Source of the DNA: Eledone cirrhosa
Lineage: Eukaryota
DNA length: 64,000 nt
Assembly: GCA_964016885.1 (NCBI GenBank)
Contig: OZ024740.1
Coordinates: 91,388,001 to 91,452,000, forward strand
Reading direction: 5' to 3'
Shown: in pieces, positions 39,265 to 55,867 of the stretch
Numbering within the stretch: the first letter of the stretch is position 1
Layout: each line of letters opens with the position of its first letter
Position numbers and translations under genes: made by a program
Notes under the pieces: model-generated
The model's database searches: none
Told to the model about the DNA's origin: nothing
The model's input: only the letters and a program-made list of their open reading frames with translations

Positions 39265-42200
39265 CGCCTCAAACATACGAAGAAGGAAGCACCACACCGA
39301 AGATGAACTTCCCAACCTCGCTACCATAAGAAGGAACAAAAACCCAAGAAATCATCTCCCCCAGAATGACATTTACAACTTTCCCCCTTCAAGGAGACAC
39401 CATACCAAATCACTCAACTACTACGCGGATTCATCATCGTCAAACATAGGGAAAAGATACCACCGCGATGATAGATGTAACAACTTCCCCGCTTCAACGG
39501 GACAGCAAGGTAATTACCATTTTCTCAACTCTCACTTCCACAATACACAACAAACCCAAACCACACGATACAACCAACAACGTAGGCCACTTATAACACC
39601 ACAGTACAACATGGCACATAGAAACACACACCCATACTCGCAGTACAGGAACACCCCATTCAATCTACAACCACCAACCCGAACCACATTTTACAACAAC
39701 AAGGAATATAACAAAGACAGGAGACCACTTAACATCAGCAGACAACCCCTCTACCCCAACCATTTTTTAGACAGAGCACACAGATACAGGCAAACAAAAT
39801 AACACAAGACAGGGAGGAGAAACCGATAATAATAAAAATTATCAATCTTACTAGTGCAGAACCAACACCCAACCTTATCAACTTACTCTCCAAAGGTCTT
39901 AAATTCACACCGACCCCACTACGTCCTAACTACTATGAAATGAAGGAAGACATCACAGACTTCTGTAGAAAGTTACGACTTAGTGAACAACTATTCGACC
40001 AGTACAATGAGGATGAATCATTAGCCAGAAATAGAAGCAATTACACACCTTCAAAAGGTAGAAATAAAATCCTGGACGAATTCTGTGAAAACATCACAAA
40101 CTTCCCTTACCAACACTTGCACAGACAAAAACACAAGCCAAACCTCATCAAGAAAGAATGGGAAGAATTAAATAGATTAAAAACCGACAGAACCATTACA
40201 ATTAAAGAGGCTGATAAAGGGAGTACAGTAGTCCTAATGGAGATAGAATTCTATATCAACTTAGCGCTCTCCACTTTGGAAAACGAAACATACTACGAAA
40301 AGGCTGAACACTACAATCAACAGAAAATTATGAGAAACCTAAAAACTCTAATCAACCAATACAAAGAAGGACTCACTAACAAGGAATTCAGCTTCATCAC
40401 AGACTTCACAAGTAAATCCAGCCTTTTCTACGGTATCCCTAAAGTACATAAAAGCGAATCAATCAGTAAGGCATGCAAGGAAGCCACAGACATAGTCATC
40501 AATGTCCCCTCACCCAATGATCTCAAATTAAGACCTCTAATAGCAGGCCCCGCTTGCGAAACGCACCGTCTTAGCAACTTCATTGATACCCTTCTCAAAC
40601 CCTTCCTCAAGCACATCAAAAGCTATATAAGGGACGACCTAGATATGCTGAATCACCTCCCTAATATGCCACTTTCTGAACAAACCCTACTAGTGACGTT
40701 CGATGTAGTCAACCTATACTCCAACATCCCCCACAACCTAGGAATAGAAGCTATCCAATTCTGGCGTAATAATTTCCACAATGAACTCCCACAACGCATC
40801 AAAAACAATTCGTGATAGAGGGACTCAAATTTATCTTGGAGAACAATTACTTCGTTTTCAATAACAAACCCTGCAGGTAGAAATCTGGGACCGCTATGGG
40901 AACGAAAACAGCCCCTACTTATGCCAACCTAGTCATGGGATACCTGGAAATCACCCTCTACACTAAAGTCCTAAACAAATTTGGAAACACCCTCCACTTA
41001 CACATTGAAAGGAACTGGAAGCAATATCTAGATGAATGCTTCATCCTTTGGCACGAAAACATCGAAAAACTTAAAGAATTTCACACCCTTATAAATGGGC
41101 TCAACACAAATATTAACTTCACGATGGAATAGAGCCATCAACAACTCTCCTTCCTCGACATCCTCATTAATATCCATAACAAAAAAATAGGAACAGACAT
41201 ATACTACAAGCCCACAGACTCCAAGCAATATCTCCCTTCAACTCTTGCCACCCTAGACACGTTAAAATTAATATTCCCTACAACTTAGCCAAGTGAATCT
41301 GTACTATAGTCTCCAATAAAAAATATCTGCTACTTACGGCTACAAGAACTAAAGGACACACTCATAGGTAGGGACTACCCTGCATCACTAATTGACAATG
41401 GAATCCAACGTGCCCTAAAACTCAGTACCCAGGCACATAGACACCCTAAAGTAAATCAACCAAAACTAAAAGCTCTTCCATACATCTCCACACACAACCC
41501 CCTCAACAATGAGGCCTTTGACACCATCCTCCAGAACATTCCTGTATTGGAAAAGGACCATAGAATGAACCAAATTCTACGAACACACGATATCATAAAG
41601 AGCAAAAGACGATCCAAGTCAATAAAAAACATCTTAACACATGCCAAAGTACTGCCAACCACAACAACGAAACCCACAGTAAAAAAATGCGATAGACCCA
41701 ACTGTGGCATTTGCATCAACCTAATAGAGGGTTCGGAATTCTATTTCAAAGATGGACAACGTTTCATAGTAAAACACAATTTCACATGTGCATCGGAAAA
41801 TCTAATATATGTATTAACTTGTTCAGATAGTCGAGAACAATACATAGGCCAGACCAAAAACAGCCTCCGCCAACGCATGACTGTCCATAGATCCCAAATT
41901 AAAATACGGGAATAGAGGAAAATACCACTGAGTGAACACATTGATACCTGTGCCGCCCAAAATCATCCCAACTTCAGAATCTTTCCCCTCTACAAATTTA
42001 AAGATAATGCCACCCACACACAGCGCATCAGCAAGGAATCTTACTTCATTAACAAATATGGACCCCGTCTAAACACTTCTCCCTAAAACGAACCCACAAC
42101 ATACACACGTCAACATACATACCAACATCAGCACACATCTCAACCCACATATAAACACAATGACACACGTAAACACACATGCTCTATGGTGCAATACAAA

Positions 42201-42598
42201 AAAATATATGTGCATATATATGTATGTATATATGTATATATATATATATATATGTAGTGAATATATGTATGGGTATATATATATAGTGAATATCATTTCA
42301 CACCTTTTATTGTTAAGATTTTTGATGTTCTATTAAGAGAACGGATTTTACAGAAAAAATCGAATAATGTACACCATTTTACCAGCGGGAAAAAATACTG
42401 CCCCCCCCCTCCACACACACACAGATATATACACAAACACATACACACGCGTACATCAACATACAAAGAGACTTATACACACACACACGCACTTCTCCGT
42501 ATGAGACAAAAGCTGAAAAATATCTTTTGACATGCTAAAATACCCCCATTGCTTTCAGACACATTCTTACTGACCATCGAATTACTCTGCTATACACA

Positions 42599-42641
<43 letters not shown>

Positions 42642-42734
42642 ATCTTAATAGCCATTTGACACATATCGCTGCTGGCCATTGTCGCAGCATCGAACACCTT
42701 ACTACTACTACACACACACACACACACACATATA

Positions 42735-42776
<42 letters not shown>

Positions 42777-42817
42777 TACACACACACACATATATTTGTT
42801 GTGAAAGAGTAATTTCT
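39265..42817 (+). mobile_element. Penelope-like element family F (YLDD type)
   Basis: RT + GIY-YIG remnants, CA-rich 3' UTR. Confidence 0.9.
39820..42072 (+). pseudogene. Disrupted PLE polyprotein
   Basis: LSKGLKF, EADKG, FYGIPKVHK, LRPLI, FDVVNLYSNIP, GTAMGT, QYLDEC, FLD, YYKPTD, CxxxxCxxC, NLIYVLTC, QYIGQT..LRQRMTVH; several stops and frameshifts. Confidence 0.92.
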
Positions 42818-43268
42818 CAATCTTGGCGCAAAACCAATTTTTTATCCACATGACCTCTACCGACCAATCAAAATTGTTTTGACCAAGAATTTTTGCTGGA
42901 GCCACTTTTCTAACATAAAAACAGTTTGGCGCAAAATCAACTTTTTACATTCACAGGACCTCTCCCGACCAATCAAAATTGTTTTGACCACAAGCATTTT
43001 TGCAACACAAAAATAACGCTGGAGCCACTTTTTTAATATAAAAACAGGTAGAATTCCCAAAACTAATCGGATCAGAGCAAACAGCACGGACACTCTATCT
43101 CAAAATTATTTTTGAAAAGCATTTAGAAATGCGCAACCGGTAAAAACTTAAAAACTTAAAACCACAACTGAATACTAACCCATACAATCACTAATACTCT
43201 TTTATTCCTAATTATAACATTTTTCAACTGTGAACAATTTGTCAGCATTTTCTATTCCGTTTACCTAT
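42818..43268 (+). repeat. Right arm of the ~450-bp inverted repeat
   Basis: See 38812-39264. Confidence 0.92.
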
Positions 43269-43476
43269 ATATATATATGTAAACCTTTATATGTAATAAT
43301 CTCCCGTTAGTTTGAGATACAATTGTGGCTGTATTTGGCTGCGCTTTCTAGCAAAATGCCTACCAGCCGTAAGTAACTAATCACATCCTTTCTAACTTGA
43401 CCGCTGCCACGTCACGATTCTTAGCCATTTGTTAATGTATTCTTGGCGCGATCACTTTGGAAAATGAAGTGTCTAA

Positions 43477-43571
43477 ATTTGAGCTAACGCCTGAAGAATC
43501 CGAAGCTCTACATTTCCAATGTTATCGGATATCTTAAAATACGGACGAAACCATGGTAGAGGTAACTAAAT
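43477..43571 (+). ncRNA. Hammerhead with ~50-nt stem II region
   Basis: CTGAAGA-A-TCCG ... CGGA-C-GAAAC-CATG-GTA-GAGGTAACTAAAT; palindromic ACCATGGT. Confidence 0.7.
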
Positions 43572-43920
43572 ATGTGCCCTTTTCTTCTAGTTTATTTTAC
43601 ACCTAATTCTGTTTAGTTGACTGTATATCTGGTCGATTTATACACGCTGTCGAAATACTCGATAAATACTCCGTCGCAACCGCCGCGAAGGGCTGCTTTC
43701 GGTTATTTGTCGGAGATTTCTTCACAGGAGCCTTTATTCTCATAGCTTGGTCTAATTGTTTTTTTTAAATGGTTAATTATGCTAATTGGGAGAGGAAACG
43801 GTATATATTTTATCTGGTGATTCTATAGACATGTTTTATGATATATAGCTCTGATTATTTAATTTATTAATTCTTCATAGAGCCACAAAGTAACTCTTTG
43901 CAAAACACATATGTATCTAT

Positions 43921-43994
<74 letters not shown>

Positions 43995-44186
43995 CTTTAT
44001 ATGTAATAATCTCCCGTTAGGTTGAGATACAATTGTCGCTGTATTTGGCTGGGCTTTCTAGTAAAAAGCCTACCAGCCGTAAGCAACTAATCACATCCTT
44101 TCTAACTTGACCGCTGCCACGTCACGATTCTTAGCCATTTTTGAATGTATTCTTGGCGCGATCACTGTGGAAAATTAATTGTCTAA

Positions 44187-44281
44187 ATCTGAGCTAACAC
44201 CTAAAGAATCCGAAGCTATAGATTTCCAATGGTATCGGATATCTTAAAATGCTGACGAAACCATGGTAGAGGTAACTAAAT
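44187..44281 (+). ncRNA. Second, core-mutated copy of that hammerhead
   Basis: CTAAAGA ... GAAAC-CATG-GTA. Confidence 0.55.
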
Positions 44282-44559
44282 ATGTGCACTTTTCTTCCAG
44301 TTTATTTTACACCTAATTATGTTTAGTTGACTGTATATCAGGTCGATGTATACCCGCTGTCGAAATACTCGATAAATACTCCGTCGCAACCGCCGTGAAG
44401 GGCTCATTTCGGTTATTTGTCGGAGATTTCTTCATAGGAGCCTTTATTATTATAGCTTGGTTTAATTGATTTTATATATGATTAATTATGCTAGTATATA
44501 CATATATAAACTATGAATTAAAAACTTTGTTGATATGTAATCAACAGAGTAGTGTTAAT

Positions 44560-44612
<53 letters not shown>

Positions 44613-44741
44613 CAAAATAACGGTATGATTCCAGTTCCTTGGAGGACTAACAACACACACAGGAGCTGGACATATCGATGTATGGACAGAGCGGAACACA
44701 CTTCAACAGCATTTGTACCTGTCTTTTCCACACTAATTCGG

Positions 44742-44795
44742 ACAGCCTGAAGAGGTCACAGCCAATAATAGCTGTCACCGAAATATATAGAGCAG
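44742..44795 (+). ncRNA. Minimal hammerhead in an ORF-less unit (~44611-44935)
   Basis: CTGAAGA-GGTCACAGC(caataata)GCTGTCACC-GAAA-TATA-TA-G, AATAAA at 44804. Confidence 0.8.
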
Positions 44796-44970
44796 GGAAT
44801 TAGAATAAACGAAGCCAAATTTTACATTTTTCACTTACTTATTTTACATTACTCCGGAGTAAACAAACCAGCCTGCCTACTTCGTTGAGTGCTCCAATCT
44901 GCATACTGAAGTGTCAGTAAACAACCAACATATACTCTCTTTCTCTCTCTCTATATATATATATATATAT

Positions 44971-45003
<33 letters not shown>

Positions 45004-45732
45004 TGAACGTGGTAGTTGACTGCTTCTTACGTATTATGCTTTGTTAATCTCCACCATTGTTATGTTATTATTATTTGTGCGGATTGAGATTTTATAGAAT
45101 TTGTCATCTCTAGAAAATGATGGTCTTATATCTAGTGTTGTCACTTGTTCTCTGTGATAATTTCCTCCAGCTGTAAATTGATGATGTCGTATATTGCATA
45201 GAGTGTATGTTCTATTTAATATAATCACTGAATATTGGATTTATACACGTTAATTATTCTCCCATGTTTGCAGATTTCAATTATGTATATTATATTTGAT
45301 TTTAATACTTAATTAAAAGCATAAATATTAGCAAATACAATTAACTTGTCGAATGTGATACTAATTGTGTACACGAAGACATGAATATCTTAATTGAACA
45401 ACTTTAAACTGATTATAATTTATATATTCCTTGTGTAATTATTAAGGAATTCTGCTTGATTTATGAAAAACAATTAACTGTTTCATTGGAAAGAATTTAT
45501 AACACATCGATTAAATTTCTTAAACCACGAGCGTTATTCGAAATGCCCAGCGTACTAAAGTGCTTGTAAAAATTAACTATGGTGAATTAAAATAGTATAG
45601 TTGCTGGAAAATGACCGATGATCTGCACATATCACATATTCTTTAGAAATGATATTTATTTATTCACATATTGTGTAAATTTGCCTACATGAGTAAAATG
45701 TATTATATAATGTTGAGTAATATATTAAATAA

Positions 45733-45915
45733 CTGTTTCTACTTTAGGCACAAGGCCAGCAATTACCCAGTGCATTACTGGTACTTTATTTTATCGACCC
45801 CGTAAGGATGAAAGGCAAAGTCAACCTCGGCGGGATTTGAACTCAGATCGTAAAGGGACGTAACTATGCTGGAAAGCATGGCGTCCGACCCCCTACCGAT
45901 ACTGCCAATCCACCA
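45733..45915 (-). mobile_element. tRNA-derived SINE, subtype 1
   Basis: Reverse complement of the 26276 type; TSD AGTAATATATTAAATAA (45716/45918). Confidence 0.9.
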
Positions 45916-45934
45916 ATAGTAATATATTAAATAA

Positions 45935-46095
45935 CTGTTTCTACTTTTGGCACAAGGCCAGCAATTACCCAGTGCATTACTGGTACTTTATTTTATCGAC
46001 CCCGTAAGGATGATAGGCAAAGTTAACCTCAGCGGGATTTGAACTCAGAATGGCAAGGGCCGTAACTCTATGCGTCGAAGCATGGCGTCCGACCT
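45935..46095 (-). mobile_element. tRNA-derived SINE, subtype 2, 5'-truncated
   Basis: Reverse complement of the 26545 type. Confidence 0.88.
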
Positions 46096-46096
46096 T

Positions 46097-46490
46097 CTGT
46101 TAGTCCGAATGTTCGCTGGAGTTACGTTACTCGATAGAGTGCGTAGCACCGAGATTATATAGTTACACCAGGCAGATTCGGTACGTCTCTCAATTGAGAG
46201 ATCACTGCTTCGATACTAAAAGCATGGGGTTGGAATGCCTCAAGAAACTGTCTCTGGATAGATGTTTGCGGTCGTTTCTGACAGGACGCGTTGGAAGGAC
46301 TCTACTTCAACGAACCTCCCAAGCTCTCATCTCCCAATTCGAAGAAGTAGCGGCTCTACTTGGAATGGTTATCTGATATCCGAACTACGAACTCTATCGA
46401 GTAATGTTACACCAGAGACCCTTCGGAGTAACCCCATTTGGGCCGCTTTTACCCGTGACTGTATTCTTTCGGTAATTACTCAAGATTAAT
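46097..46490 (+). mobile_element. RTE-type LINE 3' fragment
   Basis: AGVTLLDRVRSTEI, IERSLLRY..GMPQE, RTRWKD remnants. Confidence 0.65.
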
Positions 46491-47930
46491 GACCATATGA
46501 AATGGTTGGAACGAATGCCGAGATAGAGAGGCATTTATGCCTACGTCCCTATAGTTTTTACAGAAATAATTTCCAATGAATGAATCTCAGTTGATTTCAT
46601 AAATCATTCCATGTTCCTGATCTCTTCTAAGGTGTGATTTTACATGTTAAATTTGGGCTTGTTTAGTGAAGATTTTGTGCGTCTTTATGAGCTACATAAT
46701 AACTCCTGTTTATATGATCCTTGTATGCCCTCTCTATATCACTGGAAACAAGTGAATATAATAATTTGCTGGTAGATTTTTCCTATAAAGGGTCCCGCTG
46801 CTATCTGATTAGGATTTAGAATCGTACATCAGCAGAATGCCCACGAATATAAGGTAGTATGTATTTAATTTGGAATTGTATTTCTCTGTTGATTTCTTAT
46901 GCTCCTTTGCTGAATCAGTACATTTTTAGAATCGCAAATCGAAGGATTTTACTCATATCATGTTCTCTGACATGATGATGATGTGATGTCATTATTTGTC
47001 ATGACGTCTTGAGTATCGATCGATGTGTTCCGAAATATTAACATACACCTGGTTTCACATATGTTCGTATATTCTGCTTTTTTTAAAAGAAGGTGCTTAA
47101 CTCCCAAAGTTTCTTATTACAGTTTTTCTGCATTTCTGTCTGCATTTAATATATATTTCAGATGTGTTCCATAACATGTACGTCGCAGCTGTGATACCTT
47201 ATTGGTATAAGTGAGGTAGTGAAATAAGATCGGCATCCCGTTATTCTTATTTCCATAATGTATAAATATAATCTAGTAGATCTATTTTTTATTGTTACGG
47301 GGATTTCTATTTCAAATAGCTTCCCCATGTTGTTTACAGTTGACCTTGTATATAGAAAACCAAAGCAGAGCCAAAATAAGCGATACATAGAGAGAGAGAA
47401 TTTTAGCTATATTGAAACAGGAAAAGAGAGAGAGAACGAGAGAGAGAGAGAGATAGACAGAGAGAGAGAGAGAGACAGAGATGTTATATTTAAATTCATA
47501 CCCCGACCACACTTGCTTTCCGTCGAGTAGAAACGTTTCCAACGATTTCCATCAACATATATTTCATTAAATATTTTCCCATTAACCTTTCATTGTCTCA
47601 ATTAATTACACAAACACAGAACAAACTTATGATTTAAATTTGATGAAGGACGATTATACTGCTGTTAATGTTAGTTGTTACGAGTAATATGATTACTGTA
47701 ACTGCTATAGCCGAAGCAACTGAAGTATAGATTTTACTTCAGGCTATAAAATGAGATAACATATGTGCCATGGATATTTGAGTGGTTTCGGATCTCTCAA
47801 AGAAAAGAAGTGTCCTTTACATCTTTAAAGAAATTGATGAAGTAGATTTGTTGGTGAATTACATTTAGAATGTCTTCTATAACATGCTAATTATGAGAGC
47901 AATATCTACATATCTATCTATCTATCTATA

Positions 47931-48360
47931 TGGTGACGAGGTTAAAAAGGGCTGAGGTCAGACACCTTTATCTTTGGCGAGCAACTGATTCATTTTTTTC
48001 AAATATCATTTTGGAAGAAGAATCAGGATGAAGAGAGAGGTGCTGTACCCCAGAAGATTTTATAAAAGGTGGGTGAATGTGGCAAAGATGGCCCGAGTGG
48101 TTGGGGCTTCTCTCTATATAAGCCTGTAGGCTGAGGAAAAAAAAGAAAGAGAGGAAGGGAGTACTCACTCTTGGTGCTCCTGGAGATGAGGGTTGTACAT
48201 TTTTCGGCGTGTGTACACACCCTATGTAACACCTCCTCCCTATTGGGGATTTCAATTGTTATTTGTTATTGTATTAATAGTTTTATTTTCATATACCTCT
48301 ATGTAAACTCCCCATTTGTATTTGTCCCCATCTGTTGTGCCCTTGTGGATAATAAATAAA
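47931..48360 (+). mobile_element. Probable solo-LTR fragment
   Basis: Starts TG, GC-richer island in microsatellite, TATATAA at ~48115, purine tract, AATAAA at ~48351; terminal CA not found. Confidence 0.45.
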
Positions 48361-48389
48361 TATATCTATCTAACTCTCCCTCTCTCTAT

Positions 48390-48448
<59 letters not shown>

Positions 48449-49256
48449 GATGCTGAAAGTGAAGTAAGGCTAAACAATGCACTGTGGACGGTAAGATGGA
48501 GGTATCGGAAATGTTAGTTACCTGGCAATCTTTGCTTTGTTTTGTTTTTTTTCTTCATTTTGTTTCATTCGTTTTAATATTTCGGGCTTTAAAATTCCCC
48601 TTTTCAGAGTATATGGAACACTCTGAGAAAATGTTCCAGTTTCTTCTCCTTGGAAATAAATTTGTATTTATATTTCATAAACCAATTTTAAACGCTATTA
48701 TTCACGAGATTCCCAAGGATGTCTATTTCTGATGTTATATTTTATTGAATTTATTTTCTTGTGTGATTTGTTGTTTAGGTTGTGTGTATTTACGTGTGGG
48801 TGTCCTTATTTAATAATAAGTTATGTGCGCTGTGCTCTAAACTGTTATATATTGCAGGGTTGTATCTAAGTATGAGCAAGTTTCCTTATTTATTAAATTA
48901 CCCACATTTCTCCATCTGACTTCAATATTGACTATTATATTGTTGGTGGTGTTTCCGAATTTGACACTCTGTTTTTATGAGCATACATATGTGTTAAGGT
49001 GTTCTTTCATGCAGTAGAGAATTGAGTCATGCTTCCAATGTAACATTCCTTACACTTGCTGCATTGTATACGGTGGACTACATGTGCCAGCTGGCACATA
49101 CCTGTTTCTAGAATATAGCAGTTAGTCAGCAAACATTGTTTGTTGTTATCATTAGATTGCGTTTGAGATAGGTACCGATGCAGTGAATGGACGGAGTGTA
49201 CTAATTGTATGTCCAGTCATTTTTTGCGGATGGCTCTGCGGATAGCTTTCGCCGAA

Positions 49257-49321
<65 letters not shown>

Positions 49322-49340
49322 TACACACGCACACATACAA

Positions 49341-49398
<58 letters not shown>

Positions 49399-49412
49399 AT
49401 ACACACACATAT

Positions 49413-49443
<31 letters not shown>

Positions 49444-49451
49444 CACATATA

Positions 49452-49495
<44 letters not shown>

Positions 49496-50043
49496 CCAGA
49501 ACTATATGCAAATGACCATTTCCAGTCGATGTTTACTCATTTCTAAATGGAAATAGGTATCTCTAGGAAGGACTCATCAGGTAAAATTCCATTTGATCTA
49601 TTGTATATTTCATGTTGGCAGCTTTGACTAATTGTAAGAGTTAAAAGATTAAGAGATCTTCAAAACCGTTGTCTGAATTCCTCAAAGCACACTGGTCAAT
49701 CTATGATATGTTTATTGTATGTGAAAGCCTTATATATGTTCTTATGTGTCTTTATATATACTTCAATATTGATGAAATGCGGTCATAATGTCATCGTCAA
49801 TTATATATATATATATATATGAACAGGTAAATCTCCAGAGTAGGACGATTCACTATTTAGTCGTAATAAAACATTATATATATATATGCATATATATATT
49901 GGGGTGTGTGTGTGTGTGCGTGTGTGTGTCTCTCTGTGTATATTTATGTAGTATAGGATATTATAAGGGAGACTAAGTACAGAATAATAATAGAACAGTT
50001 TCTTTATGCGAGAATAAAACAGGGTGTGAAGGAGGAGGAAATA

Positions 50044-50123
<80 letters not shown>

Positions 50124-50127
50124 TAAG

Positions 50128-51828
50128 TTATTCCGGGTTGAATCGGAGGTAACCACAGTAAGTAAGGTACTCAATACACAGCATAATATAACAGTTTTAA
50201 TATAGAAGAGGTTCGTTCGGAGAGTTTGTTCAGTAGCGGGCCCTTTGCAAATCATATTTCGTAGCTCTCTGAGATACAAAGGTCGAATCACTTGTGTCCA
50301 TCCTTGCATGAGCGCGCCTTCTGCAGTATTTTCCATTTAAGCGTGAAGGGCGGATGTAGAGTTACTTTTGAGGTCACAACATATGAGGCGAGTGTTGTCT
50401 GATTTGATTTTTTCCGGTCTTCTGAAAGTGTAGGTATTGGCATATCACCGGGTCTTAAAATGATTGGAAGTCAATCCGATGTAAATCTTTTTGTTGTTGC
50501 TATCATCTGTGCCTGAGATGACATCACATTTGTATACGATGTCATTTATCAGGAATTTGTTTTCAAGTGTGCAGGCTTCCTCATTTAGGCAGGTGCACAA
50601 GGCCTCAGTCTGGGGATTGGGTTGGGAGATGGTTGTATTATTTATTTTTTCAGAGTTGAGATTGGCTATATTCCTAGCTAGGTTAGGTGTAGAGGAGTAG
50701 GAGAGTCTTATTATGTTCTTATTGAATATGTTGTATGGGGAAATTGTGGCACAGCAAAGTGAGGAAGGTCCTAGCTATAGGTGTAGGTACCTCTCTATTG
50801 AAGGGGGTGGGGGTTGTACCAACTAATCTGCCTATGCCTATTCCTCCTATGTAGTCTTGCGGTGGTTATCTTTTCTTTAAATCCGCTGCGGGCGAGGGCG
50901 TCATTGTAGTAGGTGGCGGAGTCATTAGAAATATATTCATTTGCTTTGCGGCTGGAGATTCTAATTGAGACGCTTTTTACTAAGTTATCAGTGATGGTTT
51001 GGCGTGGTTAGAATAAACATTAATATATCTAAGGGACTCGTTAGGTTTGTGGTACGAGTAATAGAAGGCAGTATCTATGTCGAGAGTGACATCTAAAAAG
51101 TTGGCCCTAATCATATTATATTCTATAGTTATACTAAATCCTAGATTACGGAAGAACGAGCTTAAGTTTCTCCGAAACCCATCAGTAGTTCTGGGGTTAA
51201 CCTTGTGCAAGACGAACAGGTCCTCCTCTCGGTATAAACCTCCGGTGAGCCCTGTAAAGAGGTTCTTCAGGTGATGTAAAATGTAGAGGCCCACGAGGTC
51301 GCTAATTTCAGCCGAATCACTCGCTTCCATGCTGACGTCAAAGGTGATTTCAGACTTCTTGTTGATCCAGTAAGATCCCTCGTGTTGTAGGAACGTCTTA
51401 TGGTATGGAGGATTACAACTTGCTCAGAGTCGATTATGGTGGTAATGTACCTGGCAAAAGTAAGTGCGTCCTTCAGGAGGGGCTCTGAGATAGAAGCATA
51501 GTAGTCTCATATGTCGAGTTGCAGGAAGCGAGTGTGGCGTTTGTAGGGCAATTCTAGGAACCAAGATATTGCCTCAGATATTCTGCTCAAGTGTGGGATG
51601 GTGAGGCAGTCCGCAATGATGGTAGAACTCTATCGAGGATCTTTTTGCTGATAGAGCCGGTGTCCGAACGTGTGGAGTTGATATGTCTGACTGATGGGTT
51701 ATTGAGGAAGTTTCCCTTGTGGTCCTTCAGGGTAAAGAGCGGGGTCTTTACCCATAAAGGTTCGGTTCAGTCGTTTATTTTAAAGGACTTGGCGATTTCT
51801 TTTCCGGCCGCATTTGTCACAGTCAGGA
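50128..51828 (-). mobile_element. Naiad-like PLE family G (decayed)
   Basis: [55 protein letters not shown]. Confidence 0.88.
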
Positions 51829-51834
51829 CCTTTA

Positions 51835-52397
51835 CACTTTACTGAACACACACTTCCCCATACAACATAGGTACCACACAATATTCAATAAGAACACAAT
51901 AATACTCTCATACTCCACTACACATAAAGTAGCTAGGAATATAGCCAATCTCAACTCTAAAAAGCTAAATAAACCAAGCACGACCGAACCTAATCTCCGG
52001 ACCGAAGCCTTGTCCAACTGCCTAAATAAGGTAGCCTGCCCACTTGAAAACAAATGCCTGATAAATGACATCGTATACAAATGTGATGATAGCAACAACA
52101 AAAAGACTTACATCAGCATGACTTCCAATCACTTTAAGACCCGGTGGTGTGCCTATACCCACTCTTTCAGACGACAGGAGAAATCAAATCAGACAACACT
52201 CTCCTCCTATGTTTCCGATCTGAAAAACGATCCACCTCCCTCTTCACACTTAAATGGAAAATACTCCAGAAAGCGCGCTCATACAAGGGAGGACACAAGT
52301 GCTGCGACATTTGTATCTCAGAGAGTTACGAAATATTATTTGCCAAGGGCCCGCTACTGAACAAATTCTCCGAACAAAGCTCCCCTGTTTTAAAACT
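51835..52397 (+). mobile_element. Inverted GIY-YIG segment of family G
   Basis: [41 protein letters not shown]; diverged reverse complement of ~50190-50740. Confidence 0.88.
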
Positions 52398-52419
52398 TAT
52401 ATATATATTTATATATATA

Positions 52420-55502
<3,083 letters not shown>

Positions 55503-55624
55503 GGGTTGAAAAGGAGGTCAAGTATGTTATAAATAGTTGCTCCGAAGAATCCAAACCTCGGTTTGGAGGAAACAATTGTAAGCAAATAAATGACTTAAAC
55601 TGAACTTTGATTACTGTAATCTCT
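55503..55624 (+). repeat. Inverted ~122-bp pLTR copy at the 5' junction of family H
   Basis: Reverse complement of 52697-52818. Confidence 0.92.
55537..55585 (+). ncRNA. Hammerhead with CCGAAGA core, inverted copy
   Basis: TTGCT-CCGAAGA-A-TCCAAAC(ctcg)GTTTGGA-G-GAAAC-AATT-GTA-AGCAA then AATAAA. Confidence 0.8.
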
Positions 55625-55790
55625 ATATAACTGCTCTGTAAAACAACTGATGTTATTACATTGAGCTATTTATCTTACTGGTAATAGGATAGTAATTAAT
55701 GTCTATCTCTCACTATTTAGGGTTTGTGTATATATAATATATTACCATTAAAGGTTTTATTGCATACATAACCATAAATAGTACCCTTAA

Positions 55791-55853
<63 letters not shown>

Positions 55854-55867
55854 TATGTACATATACG

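Larger units (their letters stand above)
43281..44493 (+). repeat. Two ~500-bp direct repeats (43281-43783, 43991-44493), each with a hammerhead; ORF-less
   Basis: 710-bp period; each unit begins right after a (TA)n tract. Confidence 0.92.

Noticed and set aside
39215-39802. 195-aa ORF as a separate gene
   Set aside because: Chimera of the inverted repeat and the low-complexity N-terminal region of PLE family F
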